A stretch of DNA of 64,000 nt, from NCBI RefSeq assembly GCF_001194135.2, contig NC_068981.1:154237249-154301248 (forward strand), in the 5' to 3' direction. Of this stretch, positions 1 to 13,256 are shown piece by piece. Numbering within the stretch: position 1 is the stretch's first letter; the number at the start of each line of letters is the position of its first letter. The notes under the pieces were generated by a model. That model made no database searches. It was not told the DNA's origin and worked only from the letters and a program-made list of their open reading frames with translations. Origin of the DNA: Octopus bimaculoides. Taxonomy: Eukaryota. The translations under genes and the position numbers were made by a program.

Positions 1-549
1 GAACTGAATGGTACTGGTTAAGTTACTTTCTTTGGTCTTCAGTAAAATTCAACACAAGCTTTTTTTCAAACTACATTCAATTCTAAATATTTGATCTTTA
101 TATTGCAATTTCTTAAAATCACCATCATTACCATCATCAACATCATTTACTATCCACTTTCCATGCTGGCATGGGTTGGCTGGTTAGACAGAAACCATCA
201 GGCAAGAGGACTACAAGCTCATCTGTCTGCTTTAGCATAGTTACCAAATCATGTAGGAAATTCTTTATCGAGTGTTATTATTAATTGTACATTTTTACAT
301 TTTAAATTCAGATTGACTCAAACTAAATTATTTATGCTAAATCATTTTAAGCCAATGACAGAGCCTCTAGGTGAAAGAATCTCAAGGTGAGAGAACCTCT
401 AAGTGAGAAAGCCTGTAGAGGCTCACTGAACCTAATAAAAGTAGCAACCAGATCTCCCACAAATCATACCACACAGTGTCTTGCTGATCAAATAACAAAA
501 TTTGTGTAATATCTGAAAAACGTTATTAGAATGTGTTCTTTTGCTTTAA

Positions 550-768
550 CCCTTTAGTGTTTAAACTGGCCAATCTGGCTCAAATATTCCAGCTATATTA
601 TGTTCAAACTGGCAAGATTAAGCCTTTAACAGCTACCCTACAATGTCATTCAAAAAATAAACAATCACATCATTGAAGTCTCAAAGCTACAAGATAATGC
701 ATAATTATTTCGAAACATTGTGAATAAATAAGCATTACATTTGACAGAATAATCCGAATGCTAAAGGG
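550..768. mobile_element. piggyBac-type MITE
   Basis: TTAA|CCCTTTAG ... CTAAAGGG|TTAA: CCC termini, 8-bp perfect TIR, TTAA TSD. Confidence 0.75.
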
Positions 769-1940
769 TTAACCAGAATCCATAGTAACACATTTTACTG
801 TGTTTAACTCTTTGTATTTAACTGCTGTCTTTAAATATAAGAGATATTTCATACTTATCTAATTAAGTGTAGCCAGCACTATATGTTATTCAGTAAGCTA
901 AAATATAATAATAATAAAAATAATGTTTGTATTGTGATATAGACTTATTTAATTTTATACCAATGTAAAGATAAAGCTGCTCTTTTTATGATAAAATCTA
1001 TATTCAACATAATATTAAAAAAATTCTATTTCATGAAGTCATTTAATTCTTAATGAGAAACTCCTATGATACATTATGTTTGCATTTTAGTTGAAAACTA
1101 ATTTTTAATTAATTTGGCTTGTTTTTTCTTTCCACAAATTAAAAGCTCAAATTCCTTTGAGAATATTCTTAGCAATGATGATTCTTTTAAAAGTGTGATT
1201 ATAAAAGCTTGTAATGAACAAGCTGTTGCACAAATAACATTATCATTTTACCTCACTTTTTCATTGTTTGGACAAGTTCTCCGAAGCAGTATTTTATGAC
1301 CAGATGCCTTTCATGTAGCCAAACAGTTTAGTTGCATCTTACAATATACAGGGTCATAATGTCTTGTTCTAAAACTCATCTTCAATTTCTCAAAATACGT
1401 TAACATATTTTATTTTAAAATGGATACACACAATAAACAACATTTTTCTACCATCTCTAATATCAATCTATATTGAACATTTTCCAAATAATGTTTATAT
1501 TAGTCATTAAGAAGGTAATTTTTGTATATTAATAATTTGCAAACTTTGTTAGCTATAAATATGATTTTTATCTGTGCTTATTTAAATGATTTACTATTCG
1601 TGTTCTCTACAATAATACTTGATTAAGCCTAATCCTATTTCATGAAAAAATATGTAATCTCCATCAAACAATCACATATTCATCATTATTAAATCAGTAG
1701 AATATAACATGTCCGCTCCAGAACCATTTCATCAGGAAAATAACCAATATGTTTGTTACATACATTTTCTTTTTGGGTAAATTACTGTATTATCTACTTA
1801 GTTCTATCAGTATTCTACCACAAGATCTAGCTGAGTTGTTTCAGAGGTAAACAAACGAAATGTTAGTCTTAAATGGATAACTACGATTAAGCTAATATGA
1901 AAAAATTAAGATCAAAAGATTATAGGTACAAACATAAATA

Positions 1941-2392
1941 GGTGCAGGCATTGCTGTGTGGTTAGGAAGTTTGCTTGCCAACCACATGGTTTTTCAGTCT
2001 TCACTATTTGGTATTTACTAGATCCTGGGCCAACCAAAGCCTTGTGAGTGGATTTGGTTGGTAGAAAAATGAAAGGAACTCATCATACATACACATACAT
2101 ATGTATAAGTATATATGTGTGCATGTATGTGTTTGTGTATGCATGTGTGTGTGTGAGGGAGGGTGTTATTTCTCATTGCCCTTATATCATACATGAGTTA
2201 TAAACGAGCCTCACTGTCATACAAGTCCTGCTTTCATTCCCAGCCTTCTCATGGAAACATGTTTGGCCATATGGAAATATTACCTTGCTTGAAAGCAGTT
2301 GAGGGTTGGTGACAGGATGGGCATCGAGCCATAAAAAAATTTGCTTCAACAAATTCTATCTGACCCATGCAGATATGAAAAGTGAACATTAA
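1941..2392 (+). mobile_element. tRNA-derived SINE family A (head GGTGCAGGCATGGCTGTGTGG..., RTE-like tail)
   Basis: A/B-box-like head. Related copies at about 3776-3893, 5085-5250, 6735-7115, 29830-29975(-), 33985-34085(-), 56140-56270 and 63979-64000. Confidence 0.8.
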
Positions 2393-2574
2393 ACTGGCAT
2401 TGACAGTAGCAGTGGTGGTGAGTCATATAAGTGGTTAGCAATGATAAAGGGATATACAAAGATAACGTCTTGTTTTCAAATCGTTTATGAAATTATAGGC
2501 TTGATAGTTTTAATAACATTTTGGGTTTTAGATATTATGGTCATGGGGTGCCATACTGAAGTGTTTCTGTTTAC

Positions 2575-3117
2575 TGTGGAAGGAGTAGACCCAGGAAGAC
2601 ATGGGACGAGGTAGTGAAGCATGATCTCCGAACATTGGGCCATATAGAGGCAGTGACAAGTGACCGAGCCCTTTGGTGATATGCTGTGCTTGAGAAGACC
2701 CATCAAGCCAAGTGAAATCATAGTCATGGCCAATGCTTGTGTCATGTAACTGGCACCAGTGCTAGTGGCACGTAAAATGCACTCTTTAAACATTGGGCCT
2801 TATGGAGGCAATGATAAGTGACTGAAACCTTTGGCGATATGCTGTGCTTGAGAAAACCCATCAAGCCAAGTGAAATCATAGTCATGGCTGATGTCAGTGT
2901 TACATAACTGGCATCCATGTTGGTGGCATGTAAAAAGCATCCATTACACCCTTGGAGTGGTTAGTGTTAGGAAGGGCATCCTGCTATAGTAACCATGCTA
3001 AATCAGATTGGAACCTGGTGCAACCCTTCAGCTCACTAGCTTCAGTAAAACCATCTAACTCATGCCAGCATGGAAAGTAGACGCTAAATGATGATGAGGA
3101 TGATGATAATGATGAGA
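2575..3117 (+). mobile_element. 5'-truncated RTE-clade LINE 3' end
   Basis: Encodes RPRKTWDEVVKHDLRTLG (RTE ORF C-terminus); internal tandem duplication in the 3' UTR; (TGA)n tail. Confidence 0.8.
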
Positions 3118-3949
3118 CCTGATCTGTTATCCTGTTTAGCACCACCATTGAATCCTTGGGTACCTTTAGCAGACTCTACTCTGTTACAAGCAGTTGGTCC
3201 AGAGTTTTGGTCTTTCTTTGTCTCATACCAGGCTTAGACACTCTGCAAATAACTGAACCATAAAAAAATTTTTTAATCAAAATTTTATTATTTCCTAATG
3301 AAAACTTTTGAAAATGTTACATCATTCACTAGCTTCTATGTAAATGAAACTGCTTAAATTCAAATTGTGTTTACAGTTATAATATGTTGGCTACCACAAA
3401 ACTGTATCATATGACTGACTGCTGTCATAAAGGTAACTGATGTCTTAATGTATGGAATAAATTAACACGAATCCATAAGTGTATCTTATTGCCTTGGTTT
3501 ATTAAATCACAAACCTGTTTCTATGTATAGTTTCTCTAAAACTATTTGTTTTATTTTTGAATCTTTAGAAATATTTTTAGGAAGTTTTCTTTGAATGTTA
3601 TTCTCTAGTTTAGTTCTCTAATTTTCTCATATTCAGATGAAGAATAATTGAAAGCTGGATTTTTCACTGATTTCAGCAAAAATACTTTATTTTATTAAAT
3701 GTGTTTTGTATGAAAACTATATATAAATTGTACAATATGGATAACCAGGTACATAGACAGAGTGGTAAGAAGTTACCATAGACTGTGTGGTAAGAAGTTT
3801 GCTTCCCAGCCACATGGTTCCAGGTTCAGTCCCACTGCATGGCACCTTGGGCAAGTGTTCTTCTACTATAGCCCCAGACTAACCAAAGCAGCATTCATCC
3901 TCATTATTTCAGTACCCACAAGACTTGTAGAAGAAAGCTATTCTCTGCC

Positions 3950-4220
3950 TGGAGAACTGGTTTGAATGCTTGCAACTGAGTGAACTCTACTGAAGTCATC
4001 CAAGGATCTAGTGGTGATGCTGAACTGACTAACAGATTAGGTCTACCAATCAATACTGCAACACAAGGGTTTTTGTGGTAAAAATGTAGTCCAATATTTT
4101 GCTGTTCATGCCTTCTACTTATCTTAAAGACTTCTAAGCCTAACACCACCATTTTGTCCTTTAGTGAAACTCACTCTTTTGTAACCACTCAAACCAGACT
4201 TCCAGTTCTCTTCTTACCTA
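3950..4220 (-). mobile_element. Possible L1/Tx1-like RT C-terminal relic
   Basis: NGGVRLRSL*DK*KA*TAKYWTTFL resembles GGLGLRDL..NKALLAKW.WRF; several stops. Confidence 0.3.
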
Positions 4221-4532
4221 TAGTTTTTTTTTAGCCTGGGCATTAGTCACTTCAGTCTTTCCAGTCTGGGAGAGAGCATAAAAGTTTATAGTTGAGCCAT
4301 CTTCTCAAACCCCATCCCCACAAAAAAAAAAACTCCCCAAACTCAGTTCTTTAAGGATGGGTATTATTTCTAGCAGGTTGGATAAATACATAGAGGCTCT
4401 TTTGGTGTCATATTACATCATGGCCCTTTGTTTATATTTTCATTTGTCTGTGGTCTGATAAAGTACTAGGGAATTTGAGTGTCTTCATCTGAGGCTGAAA
4501 ACAAAAGAATGTATAACCTTAGAAACACTTAC

Positions 4533-7219
4533 TTTATTTGGTGCCTGTCTCTTGGTCCATCCTCTCCTGAAACAATATCAAACATATTTTACTTCTCAAG
4601 TTACTGAATAATTGCTACTTATACATTCTTCTCAAACATCCTTGTGTCAGTAGCTTGTTAGTAAAACTACTTAATTTTGTACTTTTTATTTATTGCTTAA
4701 ATACTGATTGGATGATAGTATAGAGGCTGCTTTTTCATATATTTTACCTAGCAACAGAATCTTCTCAGATTTGCTCTAAGTCTTCAACTGGATTTATTTC
4801 TTATTTCTGTACTGTAATGGAATATACCAGGCATCATCAACATCATTAGATTTCCTCAAATAATTTGAATCTGCGAAATACAGGAGCTGATTGGATTTGA
4901 AATATAGAGTAGGAATATTTTGTTTTTAGAAAACTGTGAGAGCTCACCACTATATTGACCTCTAAGACAAGAAATTTTACTGCCACTCAAAAAAAGACAA
5001 AAACAAAAACAAAACTAAAAACAGAATAAGTTTATATAATAAGTATCATAAGGAAGTTAAAAAATATGGTTTAAAAAAATTATGGCCCAGACATGGCTGT
5101 GTGATTAAGAAGTTGGCTTCTCAGCCATGTGGCTTCAGATTCAGTTCTGTTACATGGCAACTTGGGCAAGTGTCTTTTATTATAGGCTCAAGTTAATCAA
5201 TCTCTTGTGAGTGAATTTGTTTGAGAGAAACTGTGCATAAAGCCTGTTGCTGTTGCATGCATGCATGTATGTGTGTGTATATGTGTGTGTAAACTAGCAA
5301 ACCAAAAAGTAAAAAACAAAAAAAAACTTATTAGGGTTTCAGCCTTCTTCTTGTGTTGATTAATGCTGTAATAATTTTTGTTTTTGTGACGAGCAGTGAC
5401 CCACTGTAGGATTTAACCTTTCTTTTTGATTAAGGTGGAGGTGTATGGCTTAGTGGTTAGGGTATTGAACTCATGATTGTTAGATTGTAGTTTCGATTCC
5501 TGAACTGGGCGACACATGTTCTTGAACAAAACACTTCATTTCACGTTGCTCCAGTCCACTCAGCTGGCAAAAATGAGTAATCTTATGACAGACCAGGTAG
5601 GGAATATATATGCCTCAGGAAACCGACTTTATGGTTCAGGAAAGAACTTTACTTACTTTTGGTTAATAAAGTTGTGGAGATACTTGGAGTAGGATTAATT
5701 CTTTGTAGTTTCATTATTTCCCCACTTTCATTATTCAGTTACTTGTTTCAGTCATTGGACTGCAGCCATTTAGGAGCACTGCTTTGGAGAGTTTGGTTGA
5801 TTAAAGTGACTTATTTTAAAGTCTGGTACTTATTCTATCAGTCTTTTTGTACCAAACTGCTAATTTATGGAGAAGTAAACTAACACTGGTCGTCAAATGG
5901 TGAGAGATAAACAGAAACATACAGACATGCACATACACACGTGTGCGTGTGTGCACAACAAGTTTTTGCACAGTTTCATAATCATCATTTAACATCCATC
6001 TTCCATGCTAGCATGGGTTGGATGGTACCACAAAAGCCAGCCAGGCTGAAGCCTGCACTAGACTTCTGGGACTGTTTTGGCAGTATTTTTACAGCTGGAT
6101 GCTCTTCCTAACATCAACCACTCATCAGAGAGGACTTAGTGCTTTTTAAATCACAGAAGCACAGGCGAGGTCAGTTTTGGCAAGGTTTTTACAGCTGGAT
6201 GCCCTTCCGAACACTAACCACTTTACAGTGTGGACTGGGTGCTTTTAAGTGGCACCTGCACTGACAGGGTCACCAAGTACTTGCAAGACATTAAAATAAA
6301 AACCTGTGGTGAATGACCCTTGCCCAAGTTGCCATATAGTGGAACTGAATAGGAAGCCTGTGTCTAATTTATTCTAATTCTTGGCAAATTTCTTGTGCTA
6401 ACAATATGTTTATGAAGAGGGCTTTTGTTTCTTCAAAACTTAATCATATTCAGAAATATAGTAACATAATTTATTCATATTCAGAATTTATTCATATCCA
6501 GAATCTATGATAACATAATTTATTCTATTTATATTTATTTACTAGTGTTGATCAATTCTAGTTACTAAGGCAAGGATATACTCTCATTATAATTTTTGAG
6601 TATCCCCATTATAATTTTTTTTATTAATGATGGTATTCCTGTTGGCAAATCTATTGAGGATTAACACCATTTTGTTAATCCATGGTGCTAGATTTGCCAG
6701 TACAATAGATATCACTGGTAAGAGTTATAATGTGTGGTGTGGTTAAGAAGTTTACTTCCCAAATACATGATTTCAGGTTCAGTCCCACTGCATGGCACCT
6801 GGGCTAGTGTTTTCTGCTATAGTCCTGGACTGACTTAAGCCTTTTGAATAGATTTAATATATGGAAACTGAAAGAAGCCCATCATATATATATGTGTGTG
6901 TGCTGTGTTTTCTTGTCTTGATATTACATTATCATGCAGTGTTTCTCATTTCCAGTCTTCTGTGAAAACATGTCATGGGAAAATTTTAACATACTTGGAG
7001 AAAAGTAAGAGTTGGTGGTAGAGAGGGCGTCTGGCCATAGAAAATCTGCCTCAATAAATTCCACCTGACCCATGCAAGCATAGAAAAATAGACATTAAAA
7101 TGATTATGATGATGATGTACTTAAAACAGAGGGTATCACTGTGGTTTAGTAGCAGAAATTGGTCAGCATTCCTACCCATTACTTCTGAGATCCTTGAAAA
7201 TGTAGTAGTTAGCAAAATT
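4533..7219 (-). other. Candidate three-microexon chain of an unidentified minus-strand gene (7219-7176, 4870-4828, 4566-4533)
   Basis: Each has a polypyrimidine/AG acceptor and a GT donor (GTAGGA, GTATAT, GTAAGT). Spliced, they read ILLTTTFSRISEVMDSNYLRKSNDVDDAWRGWTKRQAPNK without a stop. No family recognised. Confidence 0.25.
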
Positions 7220-8876
7220 CTAAAATACCAAGCAAACAGGTAATATCTAATGAAGAAAATTTTCTCTTCATTGAATTTATTTCATGTCATTGCATTTTCC
7301 TTATATAATAAAAAAATATGTGGTGCCATTACAATTAAAAAAATGTGTAAGTTTTCCATAGTTTCTGTTGAATAAAATTAAATAACAGGATTTCATAGAT
7401 GCAAGTGATTAAAATTTTGGTTAAAATTATCTTTGAAAATTATTTTCAAAGAGCCAGATTCACTGAGTCAATAAAGGAGCTGCTGCATGGTCAGTCATCT
7501 TGTAAGAAATAGCTGTACCACATCTGCCACATTAAATAAGAAAATGATATCTTAGATAATAACGTCTTACATACTCTGAAAAAGACTGGGTGGTCATAAC
7601 TGAAATACCTTTGATCACTGTTTTTCTCAATCATAAAATAACAACAATATCCAGGCTATTTTGGGGATTTTGGATTCTAGCAGCTGTTTTACTAGAAAAA
7701 CAGTCACTGATTTGAAAGAAATAATAATTATTAACAATTTCTTTCATTCTTGTTAAATTTCTAGTTCATTTAATGTTTCAATTCACCATTCTTTCAACAT
7801 TTTTAGTTCTCCTCTATGTAAATTGCCTAACCACTCTTCTCAAATATGATAAAATTGCTCTAAAACCTGTGCCTGATTTGGCTGAATCCATAGCAGCTTC
7901 CAAAATGCCAAAATATTTCCCTATTCTTTCATACTCAATGATTTAAAAAATATTTTAGTGGAAAAATATAAAATTACTCAAATTTTATATCTTTCAAATT
8001 ATTTAAATTTTTGTAGTTGTCAAATTTCCACCTGTTTTATTATTCATTTTCTCTTTTCGTACGGTTCTTCTTTTTCTCCTTGTTTTAATGTAGTTATGTA
8101 TACTTTTTGTCACTTTAGCATTTAAAAAGTGAGATAGACAGGATGGTTGATATTTATGTTACATTTATATATTGAAGCACTATTTATAAGTTTGAACTCA
8201 GATGAGGTTGAGGACAAATGTAGAAGTGGGGGGAGGGGATAAAAGAAAGGAAAGAAAAAGTGAAGGAAATTAAACAGAAGGTTGCAGATAGAATATATCT
8301 ATATATTCAGTGAACTAAAGTGGAAATCATAACAGTGACCAGGAGTGATTAATAATTACAGAGTTAAATGTAGTTTCTCATGGTAAACTGATTTCACTTT
8401 TGAATTGCCTTTAGCCTTTAATTTCCACCATAGATAACTACAAATTTTCCTTGCATCCTTTTGCTTATAATTAAAGTAGTTTTTCTGCATTGTGAAATAT
8501 GGCACACTGATTTTCTATGACCATGGTGACAACAAATATTTTATTTCAGTCTCAGAATGAGCTGGTAGATGTTTATTTGCCTCTTATGTATAATTGATAA
8601 TCCTCCTGATATATGTGTGATTTACCATTTTAACTTCATTTATAGATCTTCAAAAGAGGGATTTATTGATACATTATATTGATATTATTTGATAATACTC
8701 CTTCAATTGTATATTAGCTGTTCCATAACTTAGAAAACTCAGGGCAATTGTATTAAACACATATAGCAGATAATCCATGTTGATGTGAATATGGCTTCTC
8801 ATTTTAGCTTTAAGTATTAGCAAAGTTGGATAGAATTCAAAGTGATTTGTTATATTGTTAATATTAGACAGTGTTG

Positions 8877-9095
8877 AAGGTGATGAGCTGGCAGAATCGT
8901 TAGCATGCCAGGTAAAATGTTTAGCAGCATTTTGTCTGTCTTTATGCTCTCAGTTCAAATTCCACTGAGGTTGACTCTGCTTTTCTTCTTTTGGGGTTGA
9001 TAAAATAAGTACCAGTTAAGCACTGGGGTCGATAACATTAACTTATCCTTCCCCCCAAACTGCTGGTCTGGTGCCAAAATTTGAAACCAATATTA
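8877..9095 (+). mobile_element. tRNA-derived SINE family B (GAAGGCGGCGAGCTGGCAGAA...AATATT)
   Basis: Related copies at about 20075-20270(-), 24700-24940(-), 40270-40395(-), 54880-55010(-), 55940-56075, 57715-57840(-) and 59035-59180(-). Confidence 0.8.
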
Positions 9096-9779
9096 GTATT
9101 AACTCTTTCATAAGCCTGGATATCCTTAAACTTGCATTGGGTAGTTAATGGAAGCTTAATTATCTCTTTACATTAATATTGAATAATATTGGCATTTTTC
9201 CATTTACTGAAAAAGATATCTGAATTTTAGGTAGTCAGAAGTGACATCTCTAGTCAAATTGGAATAAGATTGGCATGTTAAGTGGAAAAGTTTGATGTTG
9301 AGTTGGTAAAGTTGCTCATTCTGCATGCTGACTTTCTATTATTTTATTTATTTATTTATTTATTTATTTCATAAATTAAATAACAAAGCCGTTTGCCTAC
9401 ACTATGAAAGTCTTTACCATATTTCTTTTCAATATATTGAGAACATTTATTCCTAAGTTTCCAAATTCTATATTAGTTTAAAAAAAAAAATATCCAAGAA
9501 TGGTAACCTCATTAAACATTCATTAATGACGTCTACTGGGAGAATCTAAACTGCAAGACTAAAAGGTGAAAGGTTGAGATCAAAAGCTATGCTCAACATT
9601 TACATAGGGTTACATTTTGCATGTATAATTGCTTGAGAAATAAAAATTTTATAATGTAAAGGAAATAATTTCATTGACGTTTCAAAATAGGTTACTAAGT
9701 ATATACAATTCACTGAAAATTTCTAAAAGAGACAAAACGAAAAATATTCCAGTAAAATTTATTCGAAAAAGAGACAGGA

Positions 9780-10434
9780 ATCTTGAACAGGCCAACTGAT
9801 ATTTTTATCGTCTGCTATTCGCGAACTATTTACGTTATTTCATATATCAGTGCGTAGTATTAGCAACTAGGATACTGTCAGTTACCATGGTTACATAACT
9901 GCCTAGCGTGCTTCTTAGTTAACCTTCTCGCTAATTTGATCCTTCCGCATCAAAATAACTTCCTCACACTATTGAGTTTCTACCATGGTATTCCACCCCC
10001 TCTATAATCATTAACATTATTTTTTTTGTATGTCAGCTTCTCAGTTTTCTATGTATCTTCTCTTTTATTATATTTATTTCTCCCACTTTATTCCTCTCAC
10101 TTAACATGTACTGTTTCTCTCACCCAGTATTATTCTCTCCCTTTCTCCGTCTGCTAAGTACGCAATCTAATTTCTCTTGTATCTCACTCTCGTCCATTCT
10201 GTCCTCCAGGAAGGAAGCAGTTGTCGGCTGCTTCCTCGTTTTCTTGTTTTTGTCTATGTCTATCCTGTTTTCTTACTCTCTCTCTCTCTCCTTGTAGTAA
10301 CCATCCTAAATGTAATTACGAGAATCCTTGTGTTTTGTTTACGATTATTATAAATTGATATTTCGAATCAAATACTTCCCTTATTACCGCGTATTTTTAA
10401 ATGACTCTTGGAGAGTAATCATACATTGGCGACG
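9780..10434 (+). promoter_or_regulatory. Candidate promoter and non-coding first exon (CpG-retaining), possibly bidirectional
   Basis: CpG becomes frequent in unique sequence compared with the flanks; strong donor GACG|GTAAGT at 10435; CT-rich tract 10100-10295. Confidence 0.45.
9881..9894. promoter_or_regulatory. RFX X-box-like motif GTTACCATGGTTAC
   Basis: One mismatch from the palindromic X-box GTTACCATGGTAAC; a half-site-like TAGCAAC lies at 9861-9867. Confidence 0.35.
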
Positions 10435-10619
10435 GTAAGTTATTATTCATTCCAATGTTTTGCCTAAAATATTTCTTTTTTCTTTTATATAAAAGAATTT
10501 GTTTAGAATTTATTAAAAAAAAGATAAAATAATCCTATCACCTGATTCATTGACACATCTTCACATATTTTTTTAAAAGATTTCACACCGGTTCAAGGTG
10601 TAACACAAAAAGCCGGTAC

Positions 10620-11148
10620 GCTACGCACACATACATACACGCACGCACACACATACACGCACGCACTCTCTCTCTCTCACGCACAATAGGCATACATAAT
10701 CTATCTATCTATCTATCTATCTATCTGTCTGTCTGTACATACATACACGCACAAGGCGATGTGTGTGTATATATAAATATATATATATATACATACACAC
10801 ACACACATTTATACATGCACATGCTTATATATACACACAGATTTATGCCTTCCCCCTTAAACACACACAAACATATTCGCACACATCTATACATACACAC
10901 ACATAAAACGATTCAAAATCATTTCATTATTTGAAAATATATGTCTTATAAATATATATATATATAGTTTATCAAACTATTCTACCTATATCAGCATGGA
11001 AAACAGGTATAAAGTGATGATGATGATGATATACACACGTCTATATACTCAAATATAATATTATATATTCATATACATATGTATACATATATAAAAACAT
11101 GGATATATACCTTTCTAATTTCATAAAATATTGCTGACCATATATTAC

Positions 11149-11184
<36 letters not shown>

Positions 11185-11218
11185 CATATAATGTAATATA
11201 AAATCTGTAGTATATATG

Positions 11219-11274
<56 letters not shown>

Positions 11275-11308
11275 CATATAATGTAATATAAAATCTGTAG
11301 TATATATG

Positions 11309-11354
<46 letters not shown>
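10620..11354. repeat. Compound microsatellites (CA, TC, TCTA, TA)
   Basis: Read directly; similar arrays at 12510-12898, 15685-15755, 30957-31220, 31845-31891, 42795-42965 and 53063-53101. Confidence 0.95.
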
Positions 11355-11358
<4 letters not shown>

Positions 11359-12504
11359 CGGGCTAAATTATCATTCCCTCAACAATTGCAGCCCACACTA
11401 TTCAGTTCAATAGTAGTTCGTTTGAGAAGAAAAGGATGATGATCAACCGTATGCCGGGGTGTCATGTTACGGCTACTTCGATTATGCTCGGTAGCACTCT
11501 CATCTGAAACTCTGAACACCTGTATTTCACGTGCTCTTTCACCCCTTTCTTCTTTATCTTAGTTTAAAATTACACGGCAAAAAGTCATAATTGCTTAACC
11601 GTTATCAGTTATTACATATTTCTTAAATAAGATAAATGAGTGAAACCTGATAACTTTTAGACATGGTATCCGATCTTTTATTGCAGTCTAAACCACACGA
11701 CAAGAAAAGAAATGAAACGAAACGAAGGCAAGACAGTCTTCAGCAGTGGTTTGATGAAAACAATCGAATTGTATTTTCAAATTGTTTTAGATCGATAAAA
11801 TTAAACAAACGATTTCTCAATTTCTTCCGATTCGCTTTATACTTTTCCCTTTATTTTATTCTTCTGTCATTATATTGATTTTTATTATATATTTGTTTGA
11901 CAAGTCATCAAACTGATTGGATCGCCGACCTGTGTTGAAGACTACTAAAGAGAGAAATGTATAAAGGAATGCAGAAGAACGGTTGCAGCCTGCATTATTA
12001 GTTTGCTGTTTACTATGGGCTCAGTGGTTTTTTTTAAAACTTCAATAGTGATGATATCAGAAGCACTTGACTATGCCTATATACCTACCTGTCTATTTGT
12101 CTATTAATCTGTCTGTTGTCTGGTCGTCAATTTATTTATTTGTTTAAGGCTTATAAAATACTGCTATGTTAGCCTGCAGTCGTTGTTCCATTATTTTGGG
12201 GTTTTAGTAACAGAAATATAAGGTTCAATTCTTCAGTCTGTTGTTAACTTATGATATTCACGTAAAAAAAAAAGTCGCACATTGGGAATGATAATCGAAA
12301 CTGATGAACTGCATGCACTCATGTATATTCTCATATTGCACAGACACTGGTATCTGTGCCTTCAACATCTGTGGCACGGAGAGGGTAGACTTGCCTTGGC
12401 GGGGTTAACTTTCCGAGTGTAGTTCCATGGATTTAAATGACGCACAGTGTTTCCCCTCTGGTATATACATAGTTGAAAGTAATCCCTCATGTTAAAACGA
12501 ATAT

Positions 12505-12537
<33 letters not shown>

Positions 12538-12841
12538 NNNNNNNNNNNNNNNNNNNNNNNNNNNNNNNNNNNNNNNNNNNNNNNNNNNNNNNNNNNNNNN
12601 NNNNNNNNNNNNNNNNNNNNNNNNNNNNNNNNNNNNNNNNNNNNNNNNNNNNNNNNNNNNNNNNNNNNNNNNNNNNNNNNNNNNNNNNNNNNNNNNNNNN
12701 NNNNNNNNNNNNNNNNNNNNNNNNNNNNNNNNNNNNNNNNNNNNNNNNNNNNNNNNNNNNNNNNNNNNNNNNNNNNNNNNNNNNNNNNNNNNNNNNNNNN
12801 NNNNNNNNNNNNNNNNNNNNNNNNNNNNNNNNNNNNNNNNN

Positions 12842-12900
<59 letters not shown>

Positions 12901-13256
12901 ATATTTTAGGAAATTAGAAAGGTATAAATACATATGTATATTTGTATAGATTTGTCTATAAATTGATGTGTGTGTGTATGTGTATAAATACATATATATG
13001 TATACTACAGATTTTATATTATATTATATATATGTCTATATATCTATATATAATATATACATATATATATATAATGTAATATTATGTCTGCAATATTTTA
13101 TAAAATTAGAAAGGTATATATCCATGTTTTTATATATGTATACATTTGTATATGAATATATAATATTATATTTGAGTATATAGACGTGTGTATATCATCA
13201 TCATCATCACTTTATATCTGTTTTCCATGCTGATAGGGGTAGAATAGTTTGATAAA
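10968..13256. repeat. Inverted duplication, arms about 10968-11220 and 12998-13256
   Basis: Arms are near-identical reverse complements, e.g. TTTATCAAACTATTCTACC...CAGCATGGAAAACAG...CACACGTCTATATACTCAAAT. Confidence 0.85.
12538..12841. other. Assembly gap (others: 16853-16862, 17568-18040, 20882-20891, 23362-23371, 31011-31061, 63551-63560)
   Basis: N runs. Confidence 1.

Noticed and set aside
27-70. Minus-strand FEKKLVLNFTEDQR resembling the NOL12/Rrp17 N-terminus
   Set aside because: Only 14 residues, stops immediately upstream, weak acceptor, and the continuation lies outside the window.
7176-7219. Resemblance of LLTTTFSRISEVMDS to GINS subunit PSF3
   Set aside because: Similarity does not continue into the next candidate exons; too short to name a gene.
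7760-7940. Minus-strand YERIGKYFGILEAAMD...YLRRV as a host exon
   Set aside because: Ends in a stop and looks more like a LINE RT relic (YKYLGILEA-type motif); too weak to annotate either way.
11041-13183. ORFs reading YIYIYI, ERERER, SLSLSL or X runs (also 17522-18149, 30827-31266, 42731-43033)
   Set aside because: Translations of microsatellites and N gaps.
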